Below, piece by piece: positions 44,052 through 53,228 of a stretch of 59,923 nucleotides of DNA. Source of the DNA: Candidatus Woesearchaeota archaeon. Its GTDB lineage: Archaea; Nanobdellota; Nanobdellia; SCGC-AAA011-G17; GW2011-AR18. The translations under genes were made by a program, and so were the position numbers. Location of the stretch: contig CAZGBX010000003.1 of NCBI GenBank assembly GCA_964524105.1, forward strand, positions 1 through 59,923. Direction: 5' to 3'. How positions within the stretch are numbered: position 1 is the first letter of the stretch; each line of letters opens with the position of its first letter. The notes beneath the pieces are model-generated. The model made no database searches and was not told the DNA's origin. It was given only the letters and a program-made list of their open reading frames with translations.

Positions 44052-45443
44052 ATGAAATTGGATAAGAGGGTTCTTTTTCTTGTATTAGTACTAGCTATAG
44101 TGTTTTCTTTAGGAACACAGTTTATGCCAAGACACGTAGATTCTTGGATTGAAATAAATATGGCAAGCCATTTTTTAGAGAATGGTATTAATTTTACAGA
44201 GCCATTTACAGGTGAGTCTAGTACTTATCCCCCAGGGAGTTTTGTGATTATTTCAGTTTTAAGTTCAGTTACAGAACTAGACTTTTTATTATTAGGTTAT
44301 ATTTTAAGGATTTTGAATTTTATTATTTTAAGTGTTCTGGTTTATACTTTAGCTAAAGTTCTTTTTAAGGATAGTATTGTTGCTGTTGTGTGTGGGTTAT
44401 TTACACCCTTAATATTAACTAATGTCACAATGTTAGGACCAGCATATCTGACCCCATTAGTATTTGCGACAATGTTGTTATTGTTATTTTTTGTATTTTT
44501 AGTAAAAGAAGAATTTCTTTTGGCGTCTTTAGTTTTTGTTTCTTTGGCACTTACCCACATTAGTACTACTGTTTTTGCAATTATTTCATTATTTTTGTAT
44601 TTTATATTTAATCGTAAGTACTGGAAAAGATTATGGTTTGCGTTATTAATGATGTTTTTTGGGATATTGGTATTTGGTTATGTTCATAGTTATGGTTGGT
44701 TAATAGAGAATTTCCTGGAACTAATTGTTTACCATAAGTCTAAACCATTTTTTAGTTTTGATGAAATGTTGACTTATACATTTGTCCCATTATTTGGTTT
44801 AGGGTTATATTTTATCACTCAAAAAGCAGAAGAAGCGAGAAAATTTTTAATTCCAATTATTGTGTTTTTAGTTTTAGATCTGTTTTTATTGTGGAACTGG
44901 CAAGGTTTTTTTATAAGGTATAGAAGAGTAATTTATTATATTTTTATGTTAATGCCTTTTTTTGTAGGGTTTGGGGTTTATAATCTAGCACATTATGTTA
45001 ATTTTAAGAAATTCAATTTTAAATTGGTTTTGGTATTATTATTAATTATTTTAGTTCCTTTAGCTATAAAGGCTAATGTTGAACTAAGGGGTAGTGATTC
45101 CATCCATGTTAATGAAAATGAGCATGAATTTTTTCAAGAATTTGGTAAGTTATATCCAAATCAATCTGTAGCTACAAACCACCTACAATCTTATGCCTTA
45201 CCTTATTATAATATAAAGCCAGTTCAGTTAAGTCCTGGGCATGGGGTAAATAACTTATACTTTAAAGAACTAGCACCTTGTTTTAAGTATAAAAGTGTAG
45301 AATGCTTTGAAAAGTTTTTTACAGATCATCCAGACATCAAATATTTATATTACGGTGGAGAAGTTAATTCCACTTTTTTTGAGCCATTTTTTGAAAGAAA
45401 TGGCCTAGTAATTTATAGATATAAAAATTTAAATATGGAGTAA
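44052..45443 (+). CDS. Large polytopic membrane protein (GT-C or polymerase-like candidate)
   Basis: More than 10 TM segments followed by a soluble C-terminal domain. Assigned from context only. Confidence 0.4.
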   Translation: MKLDKRVLFLVLVLAIVFSLGTQFMPRHVDSWIEINMASHFLENGINFTEPFTGESSTYPPGSFVIISVLSSVTELDFLLLGYILRILNFIILSVLVYTLAKVLFKDSIVAVVCGLFTPLILTNVTMLGPAYLTPLVFATMLLLLFFVFLVKEEFLLASLVFVSLALTHISTTVFAIISLFLYFIFNRKYWKRLWFALLMMFFGILVFGYVHSYGWLIENFLELIVYHKSKPFFSFDEMLTYTFVPLFGLGLYFITQKAEEARKFLIPIIVFLVLDLFLLWNWQGFFIRYRRVIYYIFMLMPFFVGFGVYNLAHYVNFKKFNFKLVLVLLLIILVPLAIKANVELRGSDSIHVNENEHEFFQEFGKLYPNQSVATNHLQSYALPYYNIKPVQLSPGHGVNNLYFKELAPCFKYKSVECFEKFFTDHPDIKYLYYGGEVNSTFFEPFFERNGLVIYRYKNLNME

Positions 45444-45459
45444 TGCGGTATAATTGAAG

Positions 45460-45870
45460 ATGAAAAGTTGGTTAAAATATGTGTTAATGTACTTATGTTC
45501 TGTTTTGGCAATCAGTATCATTTTGGAAGTGGTTTATGGTTTTGGGGTTCTGAAAGGTTTAAGGGCGTTATTTGGAATTACTTATGTATTATTTTTACCA
45601 GGGTTTGTTGTTGTGAGGTTATTTTTTTGGGATATAGATTGGGTGGAAAAACTTGGTCTAAGTTTGGCGTTGAGTATAGCATTAGTGATATTAAGTGTGA
45701 TATTTACTAACTTGATATTTAATATTCCAATTACAGCCTTAACAAATTTCTTTGTTATTTTAGGTGTGATTGTATTAACCTTCTTGGTTAAAAAGTATGA
45801 AGAACAAATTGTTATTTTCTTTAAAAAGATGAAAAGTGTTGTCCCTAATTTCTTAGGGGGTAGAAAATGA
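45460..45870 (+). CDS. Membrane protein, DUF1616-like N-terminal region (tentative)
   Basis: 4 TM segments; VLFLPGFVVVRLFF...EKLGLSLALSIALVIL pattern. Confidence 0.4.
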   Translation: MKSWLKYVLMYLCSVLAISIILEVVYGFGVLKGLRALFGITYVLFLPGFVVVRLFFWDIDWVEKLGLSLALSIALVILSVIFTNLIFNIPITALTNFFVILGVIVLTFLVKKYEEQIVIFFKKMKSVVPNFLGGRK

Positions 45871-46340
45871 AAGATAATTCTTTTAGAGGTTCAAAGCCGA
45901 AATCATTAGGAGAAAGACTTCAAGAAGAAAGTACTTGGGGATATTTATTATTGCAAATGTTTATGGGTTTTTTGGGTTGTGCGGCAGTAATTTATTTATC
46001 ACAATTGACAAATAATTTGTCTTTTCCAGGATTATGGAAAAAAGTATTATATGCAATTATGATATTATCTGTTTTACTGGTTTTTGCTTTTAGGAAAAGT
46101 ATCTGGGAATCATTGTGGGTAATAAAGTTTAACCAGATATTACCTCGGATTCATTTTAAACAAAGTGAATTAAAAAGTGTGATCAATTCTTGTTTTGGTG
46201 TTGCTTTAATTTTGTTTTTATTATTGTTATTAATAAGGATATTTCAAGATAGCTTTTTGGAGTTTATAAACGCAGGATATTTTTTGATAATATTGATAAT
46301 ATTAGGAGTATTAACTGTATTAACAAGGGGCAAGAATTAG
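45867..46340 (+). CDS. Membrane protein, unknown function
   Basis: 4 TM segments and a 4-nt overlap with the previous gene. Confidence 0.45.
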   Translation: MKDNSFRGSKPKSLGERLQEESTWGYLLLQMFMGFLGCAAVIYLSQLTNNLSFPGLWKKVLYAIMILSVLLVFAFRKSIWESLWVIKFNQILPRIHFKQSELKSVINSCFGVALILFLLLLLIRIFQDSFLEFINAGYFLIILIILGVLTVLTRGKN

Positions 46341-46360
46341 AGTAATTCTTTTCTTAAATT

Positions 46361-47386
46361 CTATCTAACCCTAAATGATTTTAAGTCAAAACTTTGTTCA
46401 AAACTATTTGGAACAATTACAGTTACATCATATCCATGATCTTGAGGATTAAATTCTTTATCAACTGCAGGAATGTCATATCTTTTTCCATTTAATTCGA
46501 AGCTACCTGGGGGAACTGTAATTCTCCTATTTTTTACAAATTCAGTAATATCATCAAGATGAGTATTACCAATCACAAGACCCATATTCCGGTTTAGAAC
46601 TCTACCTCTCCCAAATTCCCTTTCAGCAACCCTAAAACTACCTTCGTAGTTTGCAGCAGACCTTGCACGAGAAAATTTTGCCCTAAACCTTTCTCCCTCC
46701 ATGTATTTCCCGAGATCTTGGACTCTACTTAAATCTTCATTAAGGCCTAAAAAAAGTAAATGACTTGCTTCTGCACCTTGAAGTATAACATCTTCATACT
46801 TTAAAGCCAAGATGTCAGACCCCCAAAGAGTTATACCACGGGATCTTTTTACCCTCTGGATATCACTTGCCACATCCTTGGCAGTCATTTCTATTTCAGA
46901 AGGGAAAACAAACATACCCCTAGCCCTATTTGTTTCATCAAAGTAGTCTTTATCAAAATGGTAACCTTCCCTAACCAATAAATGTGTGTCTTCTCTTTCT
47001 CTTAAATATTTAAGAATTTGATAGACTTCACCTTGAACTATTAATGCGTTATCACTAAATTGGTCCTTGATTGGATCTTCATGTTTTTGACCAACAACAT
47101 AAAAGTGGTGCGGTTGTGAATCTCCTGTTGTAAACTCAACTTTTCCATGATCTTCTAATCTTCTTGGTATTTCTACTTTGGGAATCGGAGCTTTTGGAGC
47201 TTGAACTCTTCTTACAACTGGTGTTGATGGGACAATTGGTTTAACATCTTTTTTAGGGCTGAATAAAAGTGCTAAAGCTGTTGCAACAGCGACCCCGCCT
47301 AGAATAACACTATATTTCCAAGAACCTTTTGTTTTATGTTTTCTCTTAATTCCCTTAGTCCTTCTCTTTGCTCTTTTCTTAGGCAT
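46361..47386 (-). CDS. Membrane-anchored protein, possibly TraB/GumN/ChaN-like (very tentative)
   Basis: Basic N-terminus plus a TM segment. HFYVVGQKHED and VIGNTHLDD loosely resemble TraB/GumN motifs. Composition is intermediate between host-like and atypical. Confidence 0.5.
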   Translation of the reverse strand: MPKKRAKRRTKGIKRKHKTKGSWKYSVILGGVAVATALALLFSPKKDVKPIVPSTPVVRRVQAPKAPIPKVEIPRRLEDHGKVEFTTGDSQPHHFYVVGQKHEDPIKDQFSDNALIVQGEVYQILKYLREREDTHLLVREGYHFDKDYFDETNRARGMFVFPSEIEMTAKDVASDIQRVKRSRGITLWGSDILALKYEDVILQGAEASHLLFLGLNEDLSRVQDLGKYMEGERFRAKFSRARSAANYEGSFRVAEREFGRGRVLNRNMGLVIGNTHLDDITEFVKNRRITVPPGSFELNGKRYDIPAVDKEFNPQDHGYDVTVIVPNSFEQSFDLKSFRVR

Positions 47387-47415
47387 AACTAATGGTGTAT
47401 GCGAAAGTTATATAA

Positions 47416-48982
47416 CCCAAGTTTGACAGTTTGCTAACTATTCATCATGAAATTTCTATTTGACAGTTGGTGTTTTTTTCTGAAATTTTAGGTGTTTTCT
47501 ACGTGATTCCTTGATTTTGTAAACAAATTAATTCATTTATTGGGTCAAAATTAGAGTAAATTCTTCTTTTTTTATACTTTTTTAGCTTTTCAATCGTAAC
47601 TGTCAAATTGGATAGGCTAATTTTTATGAATTTTGTTGAAAAACTTTTCAATTCTGGCTCATCATATCGTATTAATGATATGATTAGGTGAGCTAAATAT
47701 CCAATTAACAAAGCCCCATAAATGCTGTTATCCGACCATACACGTAATGGCTTGATGTTTACTTCATTTTTTAATGAGTGCATTATTTTTTCTACTGAAT
47801 CTTTTTCTCTGTACAAAAATAATGCTTCTTTAAGTGTCAAATTCTTACTGCTCATAAGGCAAAAAAATCCTTCTCTGCCAGTAATATTTGCTTTTTTTAC
47901 AAGCTCAAATGCTTGTTTTTCGGACATGCTCTTAAGTTTTGTCTGATACTCGATAGTTGCTTTGACTAAAATATTATTAACGCGAAAACGTTTAGGTAAA
48001 GCTTTTCCTTTACTATGGGCTTGCTCAATATCTTGTGCTTCTTTTAATTGACGTTCTGCTCTTCGAAGAGCACTAGCAACATTTTCTTTTTGTAACTTTT
48101 TTGAAAAAAAGAGATAATTGATTCTGCTAGGAAAAGGGATTTTAATACCATAAATTCCTTTTTCTGAATCAATTAATTTGGGTTTCATCTTCCAGTATTT
48201 TTTAATTATTTTATCATCGCTAGTATTGAGTTGTTTTGCAGTAAGAAATTGCATCAAAGATGCAATTACTGAATTAAGATTATCTTTCCCGTTTGCACCT
48301 TTATCAAAAATAATTTTTGAGCCAATTTCTAATCTATTTTTTACTTGTTCAAATGTTGTTTGAAAATGAGTTTGGTCATTAACATTGCCTTTAGCAATTG
48401 TTAAACCGATTGGAATGTTAATTGGCTTACGAAGTTCTGTAATCCCAAAAGTAATCTGCTTTTTATCAGGACGATGTTCTCTACTATAACCATACTTAGC
48501 AAGTTTTGCTTTAATCCCCCACAAAACAAGACTGCTCCAATCCATATTAACATCAGTATGATTAAAATCATATTTTGAAAATAAAACGTCTTGTAAATCA
48601 AGAATAACTTCTTGATAATTCTCACCAATTGTTTCAATAGCACGATACAAAGTCTTTTGTTCAAAAGACTTTAAATTAAACTTATCAAGAACTTCTTTTC
48701 TATTAATCCAAGCACTACCACGAGTCAAACTAAGATTTTCACTAAGTTTGTAAGAAATCAAGGCTTCAACCAAGCCTTTAAGTGGAATACCTCGTTGTTT
48801 GAATTTTAAGAAAATAGATTCAAAATCAAGTTTTTCACTATATTTTTTAACTGCTAAAGCAGTCCCAATAGGAAAGCTTATATTTTGCGTCTTTTTTATG
48901 GATATGGTCCTTATTTTTGTTTTTGGGTTCATACTAAAAACAATTATAAGGACACTTTATTTATTTAACTGTCAAACTTGGG
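47416..48982 (-). mobile_element. IS1634-like (IS4 superfamily) insertion sequence, intact
   Basis: 1567 bp. Perfect 16-bp terminal inverted repeats, CCCAAGTTTGACAGTT (47416-47431) and AACTGTCAAACTTGGG (48967-48982), flanked by a 6-bp direct duplication ATATAA (47410-47415 and 48983-48988). Confidence 0.85.
47499..48932 (-). CDS. IS1634-family DDE transposase
   Basis: 477 aa. The GYSREHRPDKKQ motif matches the typical YSKDHRPDLKQ of IS1634 transposases. Confidence 0.8.
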   Translation of the reverse strand: MNPKTKIRTISIKKTQNISFPIGTALAVKKYSEKLDFESIFLKFKQRGIPLKGLVEALISYKLSENLSLTRGSAWINRKEVLDKFNLKSFEQKTLYRAIETIGENYQEVILDLQDVLFSKYDFNHTDVNMDWSSLVLWGIKAKLAKYGYSREHRPDKKQITFGITELRKPINIPIGLTIAKGNVNDQTHFQTTFEQVKNRLEIGSKIIFDKGANGKDNLNSVIASLMQFLTAKQLNTSDDKIIKKYWKMKPKLIDSEKGIYGIKIPFPSRINYLFFSKKLQKENVASALRRAERQLKEAQDIEQAHSKGKALPKRFRVNNILVKATIEYQTKLKSMSEKQAFELVKKANITGREGFFCLMSSKNLTLKEALFLYREKDSVEKIMHSLKNEVNIKPLRVWSDNSIYGALLIGYLAHLIISLIRYDEPELKSFSTKFIKISLSNLTVTIEKLKKYKKRRIYSNFDPINELICLQNQGIT

Positions 48983-48994
48983 ATATAAAATTGA

Positions 48995-50104
48995 TTATTG
49001 GAGGTTTTTACCAACAGCTTCAGAAATGTTACCATAACCGTCTTTTTTTAGAAGTTTAACTAAACCGTGATTAATCTCACTTATCAATTGTGGGCCTTCA
49101 TAAATCATGCCTGTGATTAACTGCACTAGAGAAGCACCAGCTTTGATTTTCTTGTAAGCATCTTCTGCAGAAGAAATACCCCCACAACCAATAATTACAA
49201 ACTTACCTTTTGTTTTCTTGTAAATGTAACTAATATGTTCGTTTGCTAAATGTTCTGTGACTTTACCACCAAAACCACCTTTATCAGGGATGTCAGTCTC
49301 TACTAACTTATGATTATCCCTAACTTTAGTTAAGTTAGAACAGATGAAACCGTGAACCCGATGTTTCTTTGCAATGGAAATTAAACTGTCTAAAGACTTT
49401 TTATTTAAGTCAGGTGAAATCTTTAAGAAAATAGGTTTTTTAGTTTTTATTTTATCTAGTTCTTTTAGAAGTTTGCTAAGTTTCTTTGGATTATGGAATG
49501 GTTCACCACCAAATGTGTTAGGGCAGCTAATATTAACAGTATAGTAATCCCCAATATTAGTGAATGCTTTGAAACCACCTACATAGTCTTTTATTCCAGC
49601 AGAACTTTTGATTGTTTTCTTAGAGTTTGTTTTAGCAATGCTTGTTCCAACTGGAATTTTAAATTTCAAGTTTCTAAGTTTATTTGATAGAACTTTTGCA
49701 CCTTTGTTTTTTAAACCATAGTAAACTAGTAAACTCTTTGATTTAGGGAACCGCCATAATCTCTTTCCTTTATTTCCTTCGCAAGGATCTGCTGTAATTG
49801 AACCAACTTCTGTATAACCGAAACTAACTGGTTTCATAATATTAATTATTTGAGCATCTTTGTCAAATCCTGCTGCTAAACCAACTGGGTTAGGAAAATT
49901 AATTCCCAAAATGTTTTGATTTAATTTCTTATTTGAATAGTAAAATGCAATAGAAGTTAAGAGTCTTGTGATTGGATTTGAGCCTAGGACCTTACCAAAC
50001 CAAATCATACTGTCATGGATCTTTTCAGGGTCTGCCTGGAAGAAAATATGTTTTAAAATCCCTTTGTAAAGTAATCTAATAATAGTGTTCCTTATTAAAA
50101 TCAT
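48995..50104 (-). CDS. pyrD: Dihydroorotate dehydrogenase, class 2-like architecture
   Basis: N-terminal extension and FPNPVGLAAGFDKD. The active-site loop reads NISCPNT, with Cys where class 2 enzymes have the catalytic Ser. Confidence 0.85.
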   Translation of the reverse strand: MILIRNTIIRLLYKGILKHIFFQADPEKIHDSMIWFGKVLGSNPITRLLTSIAFYYSNKKLNQNILGINFPNPVGLAAGFDKDAQIINIMKPVSFGYTEVGSITADPCEGNKGKRLWRFPKSKSLLVYYGLKNKGAKVLSNKLRNLKFKIPVGTSIAKTNSKKTIKSSAGIKDYVGGFKAFTNIGDYYTVNISCPNTFGGEPFHNPKKLSKLLKELDKIKTKKPIFLKISPDLNKKSLDSLISIAKKHRVHGFICSNLTKVRDNHKLVETDIPDKGGFGGKVTEHLANEHISYIYKKTKGKFVIIGCGGISSAEDAYKKIKAGASLVQLITGMIYEGPQLISEINHGLVKLLKKDGYGNISEAVGKNLQ

Positions 50105-50149
50105 AGAATTGTATCCACAGCGAGATTAATAAACTTTATGATAAAAATA

Positions 50150-50266
50150 AAGGTGACCAACTTTCACGAGTTCCCGTGTAAACACAGTACCATCGCAAAC
50201 GGAGGCTTGCTTGACTTCCGAGATCGAAACGAGATCGGGTAGGACCAAGCCCCTTTGGTCGGCCAG
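50150..50266 (-). rRNA. rrf: 5S rRNA (stand-alone)
   Basis: The minus strand reads ...CCCGAUCUCGUUUCGAUCUCGGAAGUCAAGC..., matching the 5S loop C/helix III consensus. Terminal helix GACCAA/TTGGTC. TATA box about 22 nt upstream and a T-run after. Confidence 0.85.
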
Positions 50267-50321
50267 AAAATAGGTCAAATCAGAAATATTTAAATGTTAC
50301 TAATCCTTTAATTCTTATATT

Positions 50322-50609
50322 ATGGTGCGTAAATCTAAGGTTGAGATGCAAAAAGATGCTTTAAAGGATGTGAAAGAGTACTTTAAGATGGCTAAGGAGA
50401 ATCCAGTAAAAGGAGATTTTTACGTGAGAAAACTACGTAGAATCGCAATGAAGGTTAATCTAAGGTTACCTAAGTCTTTGAAACGAAAGTTCTGTAAGCA
50501 CTGTTATTCATATTACTATAAAGACAATTATAGAGTTAGAACAAGAAATAAAATGGTAGTTTACTATTGTTATAAATGTAAAAGGTATTCAAGGTATAAA
50601 ATTATCTAG
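50322..50609 (+). CDS. rnp4: RNase P protein component 4 (Rpp21/Rpr2)
   Basis: 95 aa with a Zn ribbon (CKHC...CYKC) and an Rpr2-like basic helical N-terminus. Confidence 0.75.
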   Translation: MVRKSKVEMQKDALKDVKEYFKMAKENPVKGDFYVRKLRRIAMKVNLRLPKSLKRKFCKHCYSYYYKDNYRVRTRNKMVVYYCYKCKRYSRYKII

Positions 50610-50991
50610 CTCTTTGCCTAGTTTCAATTGTAGAGAGACTTTTGAAGATTTCTGATGCGTAAGCAATAACCTCTTCTAAAAATAATTTAACATCATCACC
50701 TACTTGTGGGTCTGTTATTAATCCTTTTAACACCCTTACTCCCATGTGAGTTTCCTTTGAAATACTATGAATTTCCACAAATAAATTAGATTTACCATTA
50801 CCATTAAGTGAGATTCTTGGTAAGTTTATTGTTACTGGATCTAGACCCCTTCTGTCGCAAACAGAATGTTCTTTTAGTGCACCTCTGTAAATAGTTATCA
50901 TTAAGTCATGAGCTGCCCTTTTATGTTTGTCACCTAAGAAGGGTTCTAACTCTTGGTAGATGGTATATAGTGCACTAATGTTTAATTTCAT
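50602..50991 (-). CDS. Hypothetical protein
   Basis: 129 aa, no recognised motif, composition intermediate. Confidence 0.45.
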   Translation of the reverse strand: MKLNISALYTIYQELEPFLGDKHKRAAHDLMITIYRGALKEHSVCDRRGLDPVTINLPRISLNGNGKSNLFVEIHSISKETHMGVRVLKGLITDPQVGDDVKLFLEEVIAYASEIFKSLSTIETRQRAR

Positions 50992-51033
50992 AAGAGATTA
51001 ATTTGGATTTAATGCTTAATAAAATTTGTTGTT

Positions 51034-51552
51034 TCAGAACCAGTAGCTTCTTTTTCTCTTTCTTTTAGGGAATTCTTTTTCTATCAATGGATACCATGAT
51101 TCTTTTAACCATTTTTTTTCTTTTTTGAGTTCTCTTATAAAACCCCTGTTTTTTAATTCTTTAGTTACAATTCCACCTTGATGTGGGTGTTTGAATAATC
51201 TCTTATGTGGAGATTGGAAACCGTGAGAGTAGTGAACTAACTCATGAGCAATAGTCAAATCAATAATGAATTCAGGAATTCTATGATCTTTGAAGAAACC
51301 GTTAACTACAATTTCAGTTGACTTGTCTTTCTTTAAATCAATATGACCAAACTTGTTCTTCCAGTTTCCTTTGAATCTTATGTTAACAAGGTTTAGTTTT
51401 TCAATGTCCTTGAAGTGGTTACTCCAAATAGAATCTAGTTTTTCTCTTAAGTAAATATTATTCCTAAGTTTTGATTCTACAGGTTTGATCTCTTCAGGTA
51501 ATTTTGTCCATGAGCCCTCTAGAATTGTTTGAAAATAAGTATCACCTTCCAT
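51034..51552 (-). CDS. SprT/DUF45-like Zn metallopeptidase
   Basis: HExxH motif in TIAHELVHYSHGF. Confidence 0.55.
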   Translation of the reverse strand: MEGDTYFQTILEGSWTKLPEEIKPVESKLRNNIYLREKLDSIWSNHFKDIEKLNLVNIRFKGNWKNKFGHIDLKKDKSTEIVVNGFFKDHRIPEFIIDLTIAHELVHYSHGFQSPHKRLFKHPHQGGIVTKELKNRGFIRELKKEKKWLKESWYPLIEKEFPKRKRKRSYWF

Positions 51553-51648
51553 TTACAAATAGAAGTTTTTTGAAGTTTATATGGTTTTAGGAAGTTAAAT
51601 TGGAGATTTTTCGAAAATAATATTAAGTATTAAATTCTAAATTAGCTT

Positions 51649-51828
51649 ATGGAAAAGAAACCGTGGATGTTTAAAGCTGGACTTGGATTAATGTTAATAG
51701 GTGCTTTCTTAATGTGGCAAGGTAATGTTATAGGTGAAAGGACAATACCTGCTGCAATCACTTGCTTGATTGTTGGAATAGGATTACTAACACTTTCTAA
51801 GAAGAAAAAAGAAAATTTACCAAGGTAG
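51649..51828 (+). CDS. Possible 59-aa two-TM membrane protein
   Basis: ATG with a TATA-like box about 22-25 nt upstream and two clear hydrophobic segments. Just below the ORF-track size cut-off. Confidence 0.45.
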   Translation: MEKKPWMFKAGLGLMLIGAFLMWQGNVIGERTIPAAITCLIVGIGLLTLSKKKKENLPR

Positions 51829-52029
51829 AATACCTAATCTAAGTAATGCAAAACCAATCCATAATACTAGAGCTAAGTAAAGTAAACACCAACCTTTAGA
51901 TGGTGGGAAGTGTTTGCAAAACCCTTTGTAGTTTTTCTTGTACCATTTCGTGCAGCAACCTACGATGATGTTCGCACCAACACTATCTAGTAAAAGAAGA
52001 TACCAAATTATAGCTTCAATGTTTAACAT
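51817..52029 (-). CDS. Small membrane protein, unknown function
   Basis: 70 aa, 2-3 hydrophobic segments, Cys/Trp-rich loop. Confidence 0.45.
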   Translation of the reverse strand: MLNIEAIIWYLLLLDSVGANIIVGCCTKWYKKNYKGFCKHFPPSKGWCLLYLALVLWIGFALLRLGILPW

Positions 52030-52054
52030 ACCCAGAATTTAGGATTAGTGGTAT

Positions 52055-52252
52055 TTAAGCTTTCTTAAATCTTGCAACAGTATCAATTAAGTCAACGTGA
52101 CTTATGAATAGTGCTCTACAACAATACCTTTTCAATCCTAACTCGTCCATTACTTTCTTTGGATCTTCACCTTTAGAAACTCTTTCCTTGTAAGACTCCC
52201 ATAATTGACCAACAGTCTTACCACAACTGAAACAACAAACAGGAATAATCAT
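52055..52252 (-). CDS. rpoN: RNA polymerase subunit N (Rpo10)
   Basis: MIIPVCCFSCGK...RYCCR Zn-binding signature. The internal ATG at 52252 is used; the 37-aa N-terminal extension in the ORF track is not Rpo10-like. Confidence 0.85.
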   Translation of the reverse strand: MIIPVCCFSCGKTVGQLWESYKERVSKGEDPKKVMDELGLKRYCCRALFISHVDLIDTVARFKKA

Positions 52253-52275
52253 TTTATGTACTGTGAAATTGAAAT

Positions 52276-52285
52276 CTTTATAAAG
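52276..52285. promoter_or_regulatory. Palindromic TATA box shared by divergent rpoN and the Cas4-like nuclease gene
   Basis: CTTTATAAAG lies 23-24 nt from both the ATG at 52252 (minus) and the ATG at 52308 (plus). Confidence 0.5.
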
Positions 52286-52307
52286 GTTTCCAATTTGACT
52301 TAATTCT

Positions 52308-53195
52308 ATGGAAAAAGGGGCAATTGGGGGCAGAAGGGTTGAATCACCTTCTAGTATGAACACTTACTTCCAGTGTCCAAGGAAATATTATTATTCTTAT
52401 ATCTTAAAGTTACGAAGTGATCCTAATATCTACCAAATAAGAGGTAATGTTGTACACTCTGCTTTAGAGGATTTTTTTAAGTTAGAGATTAATGAAGTAG
52501 AAGAAAGTGAGTTCTATGATGTATTTAGGCTAAGGTTGATTGAGTTGTTTAACAAACATTGGGTAACTGCCCTAGGTAAATTAATGAAGATTAACATGAG
52601 TAAAGAAGAAATTAAGAAATATTATGTTGAAAGTCTTGACATGCTTAATAATTTTCTTTATAGGTTTTGTACTAAGATAGATAAGGAGATGAAAGTACTT
52701 AGTTTATCTGAAGCTTTTAATAAATTAAAACCTATAGCTGAAATGAGGTATTTTTCTCAAGAGTATAAAGTACAAGGTTACATAGATGCAATACATGAAA
52801 TTGATGGAGAGATTAGTTTATGGGATTATAAAACTTCTAAAAGAGATAAAATGTCTGATGAGTATTATTTGCAATTAGGGATTTATGCAATGATGTATTA
52901 TGAGAAGCATAAAGTTTATCCAAAAAAAGTAGGAGTGGATTTTCTATTACATGGAGAAAGAGCAATTGAAGTTGATGAGAAGTTGATTTCAAATGCAAAA
53001 GAGAAGTGTGTTAAAATTCATTCTAGTACTTCTTCTAATGACATAAAGGATTACCCACAGAATATTACTGGGTTGTGTAAGTGGAAGACTGGGCAGTGTG
53101 ACCATTATGATGCTTGTTTTGGACAGAAAAAGTTAGGAGATTTTAGTGTTAATAAGCCTGCTTCTTGTAGTGTTGATCCGAAAAAGACAATATAA
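52308..53195 (+). CDS. Cas4/RecB-like PD-(D/E)xK nuclease with a 4-Cys cluster (stand-alone)
   Basis: N-terminal CPRKYY, nuclease core GYIDAIHEIDGEISLWDYKTSK, and C-terminal CKWKTGQCDHYDAC. Confidence 0.7.
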   Translation: MEKGAIGGRRVESPSSMNTYFQCPRKYYYSYILKLRSDPNIYQIRGNVVHSALEDFFKLEINEVEESEFYDVFRLRLIELFNKHWVTALGKLMKINMSKEEIKKYYVESLDMLNNFLYRFCTKIDKEMKVLSLSEAFNKLKPIAEMRYFSQEYKVQGYIDAIHEIDGEISLWDYKTSKRDKMSDEYYLQLGIYAMMYYEKHKVYPKKVGVDFLLHGERAIEVDEKLISNAKEKCVKIHSSTSSNDIKDYPQNITGLCKWKTGQCDHYDACFGQKKLGDFSVNKPASCSVDPKKTI

Positions 53196-53228
53196 ATTTT
53201 TAAATAGGTTTCTTTAGTTTCAAATATT

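Noticed and set aside
34510-46340. The glycosyltransferase, flippase and methyltransferase cluster as a novel system.
   Set aside because: The composition is that of an ordinary archaeal envelope or N-glycan biosynthesis island: a GT4 initiating transferase, GT-B transferases, Wzx, methyltransferases and polytopic GT-C-like proteins. Only the 44-bp repeat structure within it is reported.
52253-52363. The 37-aa N-terminal extension of the rpoN ORF (track 52055-52363). The same applies to the extensions of elp3 (to 5804), DUF354 (from 35388) and the GT gene (TTG at 40072).
   Set aside because: The extensions overlap neighbouring genes, promoters or repeats and are not part of the conserved proteins. 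Internal ATGs give canonical N-termini and proper TATA spacing or ATGA coupling.
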